Assembly: GCA_043228905.1 (NCBI GenBank)
Contig: JBHGNT010000002.1
Location: 16,120,001 to 16,184,000 of the forward strand
Length of the DNA stretch: 64,000 nt
Direction of reading: 5' to 3'
From: Azolla caroliniana
Taxonomy: Eukaryota > Plantae > Polypodiophyta
Of the stretch, positions 8,009-19,416 are shown piece by piece; position 1 is the first letter of the stretch, and every line of letters starts with the position of its first letter. The translations under genes and the position numbers were made by a program. The notes beneath the pieces are model-generated. The model had not been told where the DNA came from. It did not search any database and worked only from the letters and a program-made list of their open reading frames with translations.

Positions 8009-11000
8009 CAGCTTAGCCGGATAGCAACAGAGAATAAGATGAAGGTTTTAATGGAGAAGCTTAATACACAGAGAGTATACACCGGAGAGTACACAATGTC
8101 CTATAACAACACTATTTATACAAGTCCAGCCGATCCGAATCCGGTTGAGCTTGCTCGCGCAACACTCCCCCTCAAGCTCAACTTGAGGTCGGATCGTCGT
8201 GTTAGTGTCCATGGCATCTGGTTCTTCTAACTGGCTCCTTCTAATGTCGCTCTGCCTTGCTCGTGCTCCTTCTGGTTCTGCGCAACTCGACCTCCTCAGT
8301 CAGCTTGTCTGCTCAATAGGCCCATTTCGGCTCCTTCGCTATTATGACTCCGGCACTTGTCGATCCATTGGTTCCTCCGTGTCAATGTCGACTTCCATTG
8401 CCTTCTCGTCCGGTTGGCCTTTAGTTGATCCGGCTTCTCTGAATTCAACTATTGAAGTGAATTGGTTGTCTCTGATTCGTTCCCGCTCTTGTCTGAGTCG
8501 GTGTTCTCCAACTCGTCTTCCGGTTTCAGGCCCTTCACCACATCAAACCATGTCCAGGTCTTGGCCTTCTTCTTCCGGTCGGCTCTGTCTAACTTTGTCG
8601 CCGCTGCCGCTCGTTCCAACTTGTTCGGATGTGCCAACTTTCTTCGTCGACTCGGCTTCCTTTTTCCTCCTGCCTCCCCTTTTGTTGGTTCTTCCCTTTC
8701 CGGTTCCTTGTCCGGTGCCGTCAGCAGTTTCTTTGTCTTTGCCCGTTATGGCACCGGTTTCTTTGCCTTTGCCCATTCTCCCCCGCAACTAGGGCACGTC
8801 GAGATGCTGAACACCAAGAATTTCAGTGAAGTGTTGCAACTTGTCTGATCCGAGCGGTTTGGTGAAGATGTCGGCAACCTACTGATCCTTCTGAACATAC
8901 CGAAGTTCGACTTCATCGCTTAGGACCCATTCACGCACGAAGTGTAATGCACTTCTATGTGCTTTGTTCGAGCATGGAATACGGGGTTCTTGGCGAGCTG
9001 TATGCTACTTATGTTGTTGTAGTAGATTAGGATCAGGGTCGGCACCTCGATCCGGAGGTCACACAATAGTCGCCGAAGCCAGATGGCTTCACAGGTGGCA
9101 TTGGTAGCGCCCCGGTATTCAGCCTCAGTGCTCGACAGAGCCACTGTTGGCTGCTTTTTGCTACTCCACGCAACAGCTGCGCTACCAAGGGAAAACATGT
9201 ACCAGGAGGTGGATCGGTTATCCAATGCATCACCAGCCCAGTCGGCATCGGTATATCTTACTAGCTTCCTAGCTATAACGTGCCGGTATAAGAGGCCCCA
9301 GTCCTTCGTGCCGCTAACATACCAAAGTAGCCGGTGTGCGCACTGAAGGTGCTCGACGGTCGGCTTCTGCATGAATTGGCTGATAACTCCGACTGGGTAA
9401 TTGAGGTCGGGTTGAGTGATTGTCAAGTATATGAGGCTTCCGACAATTTGTCGGAACTGTTTCTCATTGCAGGCCGGCCCGGAGTGGGACGTAGCTTGAG
9501 GTTCCGGTCCAAGGGTGTAGGGATCGGTCGGCATTCCGTCATGCCGAACTTGTACAAGATATTTAACACATAATGGCGTTGTGAGAGCAATATGCCGTTG
9601 GGGGTCCGGATCACCTCGATCCCAAGAAAATAATGAAGGTCCCCCAGGTCCTTCATTTCAAATGTGTCCGACAACTAGGACTTCACTCGGCTGATTTCAT
9701 TGAGTCTGGCCGAGTCCGGTGATGACTAAATCATCCACACATAAAGCAAGATGCAAACCGGACCTTGCCGGATGAACAACGATGAGTCGGATTTAGAGGT
9801 CACAAACCCCATCTTACGTAACCGGTGCGTGATCTTCGCATTCCAAGCTCGGGGGCTTGTTTCAGACCGTAAAGCAACTTCTTAATCTGGCAGACCGCCG
9901 ACTTGTTCATCTCCTACTGAAAACTGGGAGGTTGGATCATATAGACCTGTTCTTCAAGGTCACCTTGAAGAAAGGCATTCTTCACGTCCATTTGGTTAAG
10001 ATGCCACCCCCCTTTCCGCAGTAACCACTAGTACCACACGAACCGTCGTCATCTTCGCTACTGGAGCGAAGGTCTCGTCGTAGTCGATTCCGTGGGTCTG
10101 TGCGTATCCCTTCGCCACTAACCAGGCCTTGTACTGGTTAACCGAACCATCGGCATTGTACTTTCCCTTGTACACCCATTTGCAACCAATCGGTTTATAG
10201 TGTCGAGGAGAGTCAACGAGGTCCCATGTGTCATTGGCATTGAGTGCCCGCATTTCTTCTATCATAGCGGCACGCTAATTTGTGTCCTTTGCTGCTTCTA
10301 CACAGCTCTCGCATTTCTTCTGTCATAGCGGCACGCCAATTTGTGTCCTTTGCCGCTTCTGCGTAGCTCTCCGACTCACGCACTTCCTCCACTTTGGTCA
10401 TGTACGCATAGTGATGTGCCATGTACTCATTGTATCCATACCGAGTAACAGGGTTCTTCTGGCGGGAAGACCGGCGTAACTTGTCATCACCTGGTTTGGG
10501 GCCCTTCTTGGCCGGTTCGAACTTCATTCCTGAAGATTCACCTTCATCCTTTCCGGAGTCGGATTCGCTTCGATCCGACTCAATGTTGCTAGTTTCGTAT
10601 TCCAACATTTTATGTTTCCCTTTCTTTTTGCGCGTGAACCGTCTCCTCGGTTCCTTGCACGGGGAGAGCACGACAGAGTCTCCACTACTCGTCGGTTCCT
10701 CATCCGACTGGTCACTTTGACCCAGTCGCTCGTTCGATCCGCTCAACCGAAATGATTCTTGACTCTCTTTTAGAGTCTCAAGCTCATCATCTTCTATCTG
10801 GACCGGTTTAGGCTCACTGGCCTCATCCTTCGGGATTGGGTTGGAGTCAGAAGTCGAAGTCGAAGTCGGTAGAGAGTACCACGATGCCGTCTCGTCGAAC
10901 TCAACATCTCAGCTTACTCGGACCTGCTTCATCCAGGGGTTATAGCACTTATACCCCTTTTGCTCATGCGAGTAACTGACGAGGATGCACTTCTCCGACT

Positions 11001-13704
11001 TCGGATCAAGCTTCCTCCGCTTCTCATCCGGTACATGCACTTATGCTATGCTGCTGAATATCCAAAGATGTCTCAAATTCGGCTTGCGCCCGAAATACAG
11101 CTCGTGTGCTGACACCTTGTCACCGATCTAGTTTTGGATGTAGACGGCCATCCGGACCGCCTCAACCTAGTAGAATTTGGGCATGCTCTTCTCCTCTAGC
11201 ATTGCCCTCGTCGTGTCGACAATCGACCGGTTCTTCCTTTCAGCCACACCGTTCTGTTTCGGTGTGTACTTGCAGCTAAATTCTATCCGAATTCCCTTTT
11301 GTTGCAGATAACTGTTGAATTGGCCAGAAAAGTATTCTTTTCCGCCATATGACCGGAGGCACTTGATCTTCCTCTCCGTTTCCCGTTCAACCAAGCTTTG
11401 AAGGTTTCGGAAACACTTGAAGACTTCGCTCTTCCTCTTGATGAGGTAGATCCACGTGTGCCGGTTGTAGTCGTCGATGAAGGAGACGAAGTATCGACTC
11501 CCGCCAAGACTAACATTTTGTGCCAGTCCCCATACATCCGAACGGATTAAATCGAGCTTGTTATGGCTCCGGTTTTGTTCGATGGGGAATGGAAGCCGGT
11601 GTTGCTTCCCAAGATGGTAGGCTTCACAGACTTGTGCCTTCCGGCCACTGAATTTTGGCAAACCGAACACAACCTGTTTCGATTGCAGGTCCTGAAGCCT
11701 CCTATAATTGTCGTGGCCGATCCGCTTGTGCCAAAGATTGATGTCTGATTCAATCTTCTGTCCTTTGGCAAAAATGGCGGTGCCGACGTCATTAGGGTTG
11801 AGGATGAACATCCTCCCTTCTCTACGCCCTTGGGCAATTATCCGGCCTTCTTCCTTGATGAAGCACCCTAGGTGCATAAACAGCACATGCATTCCCTAGT
11901 CGACGATTTGTCCGACCGACACCACGTTCTTTGTGATTTTCGGTACGTGCAACACGTTCATCAGCTTCCCCTTTTGTTCGACATGGCTTAAAGGGACTTC
12001 TCCGACATGCACAATCGGGTGAGGGGTATCATCTCCGATTTTGACAATCCCCGGTTGTTCCGGCTTCTCCAAAAAAGAGGACCACTCTTCATGGCTCGTC
12101 ATATGGTTGGACGCTTCGGAATGAACGTACCATACTTCCTCCGATTTGGAAGTAGTCTTCTTCATCGAGTTAGCCTTGTGCTTCATCACGAAGGTCGGCC
12201 CTTTACCAGTCTTGCCGGGTTCCAAATCCTTCTGATCCTTCCGCGTATTGCGATCTTTGCCGGTTTTCTCGATCAGTTTGGCTAGATCCGGATTTGTCTG
12301 AATCAGCGCGCTTCTTCCAGCACTCGCTTTCCCTGTGGCCTTTCTTGCCACAGTACCAACATTTCGTGTCGGCCTTTCCTTGCCGATTCCCGGCACCGCT
12401 TTGACTCCCCCTGCTTGTGGAGGGTCTGGAACTGTTGTCGGCACCGTCTTTGTGCCTTCGGTCCTGCTCTTGCTAGCCGCCTCCATTGCGTGCCGACCCA
12501 CCTCGTCCTCCACGTCCACAGGGCCAATCTGACTCCATGTACAACATCTGGTTGTCTGATTGAGTGGTCCTCAACCCGCTCGCGTGGTTTTCTTCGACCA
12601 TCAACATTGATTGTAAGTCTAAGAAGGACGATGACTTCTCCCGGTTGCAGATCGTCATCTAGATTGGCCTGTACAATTGTGCTAGACCACCGAGGCAGAT
12701 TTGGACCATCGCTTCTTCGTCCACCATCACGTTGATGGACCCGAGCACGTCACAAATCTCCTTAATCTTAGTGGTGTAGTCCGTAACCGACATATCTCTT
12801 TGTCCGATGTTGTTTAGCTCTTGCCGGAGCTGCAACTTATGGGTTGTGGTACTCGTGGCGAAAATCTTTCGAAGATTTTCCCATGCCTCCTTCGGCGTCT
12901 TTGCATTCTTGATGTAGCCGAGCATCTTATCGTGCACACAGGACGCGAGGCAGTACAATACTCGGCTCGCTCCTTGCTCCCATGCCAGGAAGTCCTTGTG
13001 TGTCAGCTCCGATGCTACCTTGTTGGTTCCTTCCACGTAGCTCCAATATCCATGCCCCAACAGGTACTAGTGCATTTTATATGACCAGGACGCGTAGTTG
13101 CTCCGGTCAAGCTTCTCTGTGGGAAGTGAACTCACCATTCCTCTATCCTATCTTCTCTCTATCTGTTGTTACTGGGTTCTAGGGTTCGTCTACGAAAGAA
13201 AGTGTCGGCTACAGAGGTTCTCAACCCTCATGCTCTGATACTATGTGAATGTTAACGTGCGGAAGTGTTAGACAGAACCGGCTCAGCCGGATAGCAACAA
13301 AGAATAAGATGAAGGTTTTAATGGAGAAGCTTAATACACAGAGAGTATACCCGGGAGAGACAAAGAGAGCAAGACATGAACGTAAATTCAAAAATACTCT
13401 CTAAACTCTATACATACAATGTGCTATAACAACACTATTTATACAAGCACATAAAGGATTGACAGAAGTACTAACAGGTACTTCAATATTCCAACGTGCG
13501 ACTGACACTAACTACAAGACAATGATTACCTAGTAGTCTAGGCTACTACTAGGCTTCTAGTTCCCGCTTGAATCCGGCTCTTTGATCCGTCTCCCCGATC
13601 CGGCCGATTGTTTCCAGATACCGATCCGGCTCATCCTTCCGGATGCCAATCCGGCTCAGGCTTATCCAATCGATCCGGATCCGGTTGAGCTTGCTCGCTC
13701 AACA
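7974..13704 (-). mobile_element. Full-length decayed Ty1/copia element D
   Basis: 5' LTR 13244-13704 and internally deleted 3' LTR 7974-8164. PBS 13232-13243, PPT 8165-8173, TSD GATTG/GATTT. Gag (LPTEKLDRSNYASW), integrase, RT and RNase H fragments with stops and frameshifts. Confidence 0.93.
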
Positions 13705-15865
13705 GATTTCTCCATTGTCGAACTTAAAGCAGTATCCGATTGTCGATTTTCGACTGTCCACACATCTAGCAAAGTCTGAGTCGATATAGCCGACTACGTC
13801 TAAGGTGTTTTTCGGGCCGAATAGAATGCCAAGGTCTTTTGTGCCCACTCGATATTTGAACACATGCTTTACTGTGTTCTAGTGCAATCGGCCAGGGTTG
13901 TGCATGAATCTGCTAACGACTCCTACGGCATGAGCAATGTTAGGCCGTGTCGCGACCATCACGTACATCAAGGAGCCAATTGCTGATGTATACTATATCA
14001 ACTTCATGGTTTCCCTCTCCGAACCGGATGTCGAGCAGTCTCACTAAGACAACCGAAGGCTAATGGGGAGTGGAGTTGAAGCAATTTTTGCCGATTGCAT
14101 GTTGACGCGGTCGAGGACACATCTAATATAGTTGGATTACGACAGAAACAATTGTCTTCGATTTCGATTCCGACTAATCTTCATGCCAAGAATGTGTCTT
14201 GTCGGACCGAGGTCCTTCATGGAAAACTTCAACCGCAGTTGCCGAACGAGTTCGGCAAGCTCTCCAGCTTGTAGACTAGAGATTAGCATGTTGTCCACGT
14301 AGATGATGAGGAAGATGGGTGACCCATCTCGAGTTGTTTTCGTGAAGCCGACCAACTGAATGAAGCCACAAACTTCTTATACCACTGTCGCGGTGTCTGT
14401 TTTAGGCCGTATAGACTCTTCCTAAGTCAGCAGACAAGATGTTCTTGGTCGGGTGCCATGAAGCCTTTCAGCTGCTCCATATAAATTTCCTCCTCTAGAT
14501 CACCATGGAGGAATGTTGTTTTGACATATAGCTAAATCAGCTCCAAGTCCTCGGTTGCCACAACACCGAGCATGAATCTAAGAGTTGTCATTTTCACCAC
14601 TGGTGAAAATATTTCGTCGAAATCGACGCCATATTCCTGTCGAAAACCCTTAGCTACTAGTCTGGCCTTGAATTTTGGGGTGGCCGAATCATACATCTCT
14701 TTAACTCGATAGACCCACTTGCACGGAAAAGCGCGTTGATTCTTTGGGAGCTCGACCAAGTCCCAAGTTTGGTTTTCTCGAACGGAGTTCATCTCAAACT
14801 CCATTGCCATATGCCAGGTGGCCGAACTGGCAAATGCCAATGCGTATTCGTATGATGTTGGTTCTCCGACGTCCGTAAAGAAGATTCTAGGGTAGTATCT
14901 CTCTAGGGGTTGCGATGGTGTCCTGTGGTTCTTCACATACGATATGAAAAATAATGAAATAATTATTTTAGATTAGCTTAATGGTTTGATATAGAAAAGA
15001 TGGACGTCTTCAAGAGCTTCCGAATGCATTTTACTACATATGAAACGTACAACTAAGTATCAAGTTATGTGAGCATTAATTTTGAGAAGAGATATCCCAC
15101 ATAGATAGGACAACATCGAATCCAGCATTATATAAGCAAGCCTCAAACCCATTAATTTGTATTAGGGTGCTTGGTGCACGGGCCATAATGCATGGGTTGT
15201 TCTGAGCGATCCATAGCGCACGGCCCATTCAGCTGTTCAAAGCGATCTATAGTGCATGAGTTGAAATGCTCAACAAAAGTAAATGTCATGTGTGGACGCA
15301 TGCAACTAAAGTAAAGGTCATGTGTGAACGCATGCAACTGAACACGAAGGGGCCATGATCAACAAAGAAACTCTATATATATTCCACTCTCTTCTTTTCT
15401 CCAGCTTTTTCTCCCTTCTTTCAAAAATTATCTCTCATATTGATATCCAACCCATTGTAACATGATTCTAAAAATATAAAGAATCTATTTTTTTTTATAT
15501 AAACTAATGTTTTCTTTCATCTACTTGTCTTATGTGTAAATCTTGATTGTGTTGTGCATGTGAGCTCGAATTCCTTCCAGTCCATAACCCCGGTGGTTCC
15601 GCCACACGATCCGCACATAGTGACGGATTTTTCACGACAACGGTCTCTCGGATCTTCGAAGTATGATTGGACTAGTCGCATCAGGTTTCAAAGTTGGATG
15701 ATCCAGAGTCAAACCATTCGGTTGTTCCGAGTCGAGCGTTGTCGAGTCGGGGTTGGAGGATTCGGCTACCCGTGAAGCCGATCTCGTGTTATGGGTTGGG
15801 CCTTCATGATGGGTCAGCACTTCGGAAAAAGTTACCCTTCGGACTTCAATAGGCCTTTCGGCCAT
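13705..15865 (-). mobile_element. Copia C, RT and integrase C-terminal region (interrupted by solo LTR 14919-15639; truncated at 15865)
   Basis: IIYVDNMLI, KARLVAKGFRQEYGVDFDEIFSPVVK and AERPIEVRRV; colinear with element K at 61400-62870. Confidence 0.9.
14919..15639 (+). mobile_element. Solo LTR, probably gypsy-type (721 bp)
   Basis: Termini TGTCCTG...CACGACA; flanks ATGG/ACGG; the host copia C sequence rejoins across it; TATA-like run near 15373. Its 3' end resembles 17630-17682. Confidence 0.78.
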
Positions 15866-17682
15866 TGTCGAGGAAATACTCGCGTGTTCGCAAAATGAAG
15901 CGGGACCATTGGGGTCCTGGACCGAAAATCGATGTTTTTAGCTGCATAAGTGAGAAAGTATTGAAGATAGATAGATGGATGGATGGAGAGAGAGATTGAG
16001 ATAGAGAATGAACCCTTGACTTCAATTTTTTAGAGATAATACACGTCACCAATCATATTAGTAGATTTTATTATTATTTTCTTAATTTAGTACATAGCTT
16101 GCTTGACCCATTCATTGATTGATTCATCTTTTCCTTTTTTCTCCTCGCTTTCATAGATGCCCCCATACATATAATGCATGTGAGGGTGCAAGACATGCAT
16201 ACAATGCATGTTTGCCATTTGGCACTCATGCATTACATGTGATGCATGATACCCATGTCACTCATGCAAGCTCTCATGTCCACCTCCACCAAACCGCACG
16301 TCCTACGGTACGTGCCAAGAAGAGAGAGTGTGAGACTTCGGATACGGTGTCGTGATGTGGCGTGCACAAGTGTGAGAAAAACCGGCGAAAGGGGGTCAAA
16401 ATTTGCATGTGCAATGTGTGTGCACACAAAGGCAATTAACTATGCACATGCTAGAGAAAAGGGAAAAGAAAGGGTGGAAAGGAGGTATAGAAACTCGTGT
16501 AAAAGAGAGAGGAGAGAGGCCTGGATTTCTAGATATAGGATTATATTATATATAATGGAGAGTTAATGGGCTAGTGGATAGATGTCTTGACTCTTAGCTA
16601 AAGGTGCACAATTCAAATCTGGCCTGACAATGTAGCGTGATTTAATGAATTTGATTCCTTTTTTCATTGAAGACAATGTGGCAAATCCCCTTCCTTTTTT
16701 ACCTATAAAAGGAGGTCGAAGGGGGCTCATTGGGGTCGTCCATTTTTGGGTTTTAGAGGTCAGCCATTTGGGGTTTTGGAGGTAGACCTTTAGGGTTTTG
16801 GGGTTCTTCTTCTTCTCTTTCATTTCTAGGGTTTTGGGGAGGGCACCATTAGGGTTTTGATTTTAGGGTTTTCTTGTTTTCTTTTCTTCTACTTTCTATT
16901 GGGTTTAGAGCTAATGAGTTCTTTCTCATCTTCTTCTAGCTAGAGTTTAGGGTTTCGATACTTCTTCCTCTTCTTGGTCATTCGGAGGTTCTTATGGGTT
17001 CTTGATCTCTCTCATACACACTCTCATCTGTTCTTCATTGTGAGCTCGTGTGCTCGCCGTTCGGGTGGTTCTCAGTTCATCGTGTTGGTGCCCGGTTCAT
17101 CATTGCGAGTTTGTGAGCTCGCCGTTCGTGTGGTCCGAGGTTTATGGTGTTGGTGTGGTCGGCTCTCGTGGTACATGGTTCTTAGTTCGTGTGGTGTGCA
17201 ATGGTGTGCTCATACTCCCGTTGTATTCAAGGTTACGCTTGGTGTGCTCGTGTTGGGTGGTCTTCGTCATCACGAATTCCCATCTCCGTCCCTCTCTATT
17301 GTACCACTCTTGTTTGTCTAGCATTGTCGAGACCGGCCTAAGCGCCATCGTTGTAAATCTATTGAGGCTTTGAGCCTTATATAAGAAATTGTTTTGGTAT
17401 ATATACTATGGTGTCTAGATCTCGACTCCTTTTGTTCTTGTTGTGTCGGATGTCAAGTCATCCATTGTTGTATTCGGAAGCATTCTCGTCGAAGCCCTAG
17501 AGTCGCTAGGCCCTCAATGTTTTGTGTTTGTATGGGAACTATCGGCCGTGAACCCACACGGTAAAGGGGCCGAAACCGGACTTGACGGTGTAAGCTCCTT
17601 CTTTTTCCCTTCTTTTACTCCCTAGTTCAAGACCCCGGTGGTCCCGCCCGGATCCGACACACACGCGCGGATTTCCGCGACA
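15866..17682 (+). mobile_element. Long LTR (1817 bp), solo, with non-matching flanks
   Basis: Terminal inverted repeat TGTCGAGGAAAT/ATTTCCGCGACA (11/12); CCTATAAAAG near 16702; no adjacent PBS or PPT. Confidence 0.78.
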
Positions 17683-17689
17683 ATAGTGA

Positions 17690-19416
17690 TTAGTACGATT
17701 CCTCCACGTCCTCGTTGACCTCGCTCACGTTTGCCGGGTCCGCTCTATCATCTTCATTGTTGAGGTCGTCGAGGTCAAGACCCTCATCTTGTCTTTTCTT
17801 GAAGATCTTTACTCTTTTCCCCGCAATGGGTATGGCCAACCTTGATCCGTCTAGCTCCACAAGGTGGTAGGTGGCATTTTCGTTGGCACTCGTCACTACA
17901 TACGGTCCGAACCACCTTCTTATGAACTTTCTTGTTGTCCTGTGTTGATTGTCAAGGCTGCTATCGTAGACCAATACCCAATCTCCTTCTTCGATTTTCT
18001 TGGGACGCAGTCGATATGTCTTGTCGAACCGAATCTTGTTCTTCACTCGGGCTACCTCCATTATCTTTCGCGCATTTTCTAGATCTTCAGGTCTTCTTTC
18101 GAGCTGCCTTATTCGTGTAGCTAGTAATTCTTCTCAGGTCATCTCACTCTCCCACGGTATCTCTACCCAAGATGTGATCCTCTTTTCGATGGGAATTACC
18201 GATTTCTGCCCATACATAAGCTCTGCTGGCATATACCCTGTCACAAAACTGTGTGTAGTTCATTGGTCCATGCCCTCGCTTGATCTTCCCATTTTCTTCT
18301 AGATTGTAGGCAGTCGTGAGGGAGAGCTTCATGCCTAGTTGCTCGAAGAGCTGCATTGCTTCGCGTGCGTCCAACACATCCATATCGGCAGACGACCTCT
18401 TCGAGTAGAAATTTGCAAACAGTTGACGTCGTCTTATTTGCCAAGGCTCGTCCTTCCACCTAATTTGTTAGGTCTTCTCTTGCCAGTACCAAGTACTTCA
18501 TCTATCCCACTCCCATTGGCATCGAGACCAGATCCACCATCCATTTGAAGTGTATGGTGAGTGGGTATGTCGGTCGTAACTCATCACGGTGACGAATGTT
18601 TGAATGTACTTGGCAGTTTTCGCATGTGGACATGAAATGAAGTACATCTTTATACATGCTCGGCCACCAGTACTTCTCCTTCAGCTTTCAAATGTCGCCC
18701 ATGTTCCTTTATGACCTACCCAAGGACTCTCGTGGAATTCAGACATCAACTTTGCTTGGTCCTCTCTATTCACCACTACTCGACGTGGCATTCCTGTCCT
18801 TCTCTTTGGGTGCCGCCAGAGGAATCCTCCCTTGAGAAAGTATTGGTAAGCTTTCTTCCGGATTCGTAGAGCCTCCTCCTTTGTCCATGAACTCCCTTGT
18901 ACTCATTCTCGTTGAAGGTATGGAGGTTTGGCGTGTCCTTGTCTTCCGCCGACAGTCAGGCCGTCTTGAATAAGTCAAGGGTGACGTCTTCATCTTCCGA
19001 AACCATGTCACTTTCATTCTCGAATCTTTTCTTGATAGCATGTCAGCCATGGCGTTGTTCTTTCCTGCAATGTGGCGGATTTCTAGGTTCAAAGACTTGA
19101 TAAAGGCGATCCACCTTAGCATAGCCAAATATGGTGTCGCACATCCTGAGATCATCCCGAGGATTGGTAGACAATCCGTCTCAATGATCACTTCCGACCC
19201 GATCAGGTAGTCTTTGTCTACCTTCATCGCAGACACAATACCCCAAAGTTCCCACTTGACTTGCGCATGTATCCTTGCTATCGTTCACTGAGGACCTTTG
19301 CTCTGAACCAGATGGCATACCATGCACTATCTTCTCCTTCTTGGTTGATGACCCACTTGATTCCGTTTGGGCTCGTATCCACAGTCACATAAATCAGTTT
19401 TCCTTCAATATAGTTG
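17690..19416 (-). mobile_element. Ty3/gypsy G1 pol fragment (RNase H-integrase, no chromodomain), decayed
   Basis: ETDCLPILGMI...LRWIAFIKSL...NAMADMLSR; LLEEVVCRYG; RWFGPY...YHLVELDG. Same family as G3. Confidence 0.88.

Noticed and set aside
8199-8792. Plus-strand 197-aa Ser/Leu/Pro-rich gene or env protein
   Set aside because: Antisense mirror of the D Pol extension with no recognisable domain; reported under the minus-strand finding instead.
16790-16956. Interstitial telomere
   Set aside because: The motifs are dispersed single copies, not tandem TTTAGGG.
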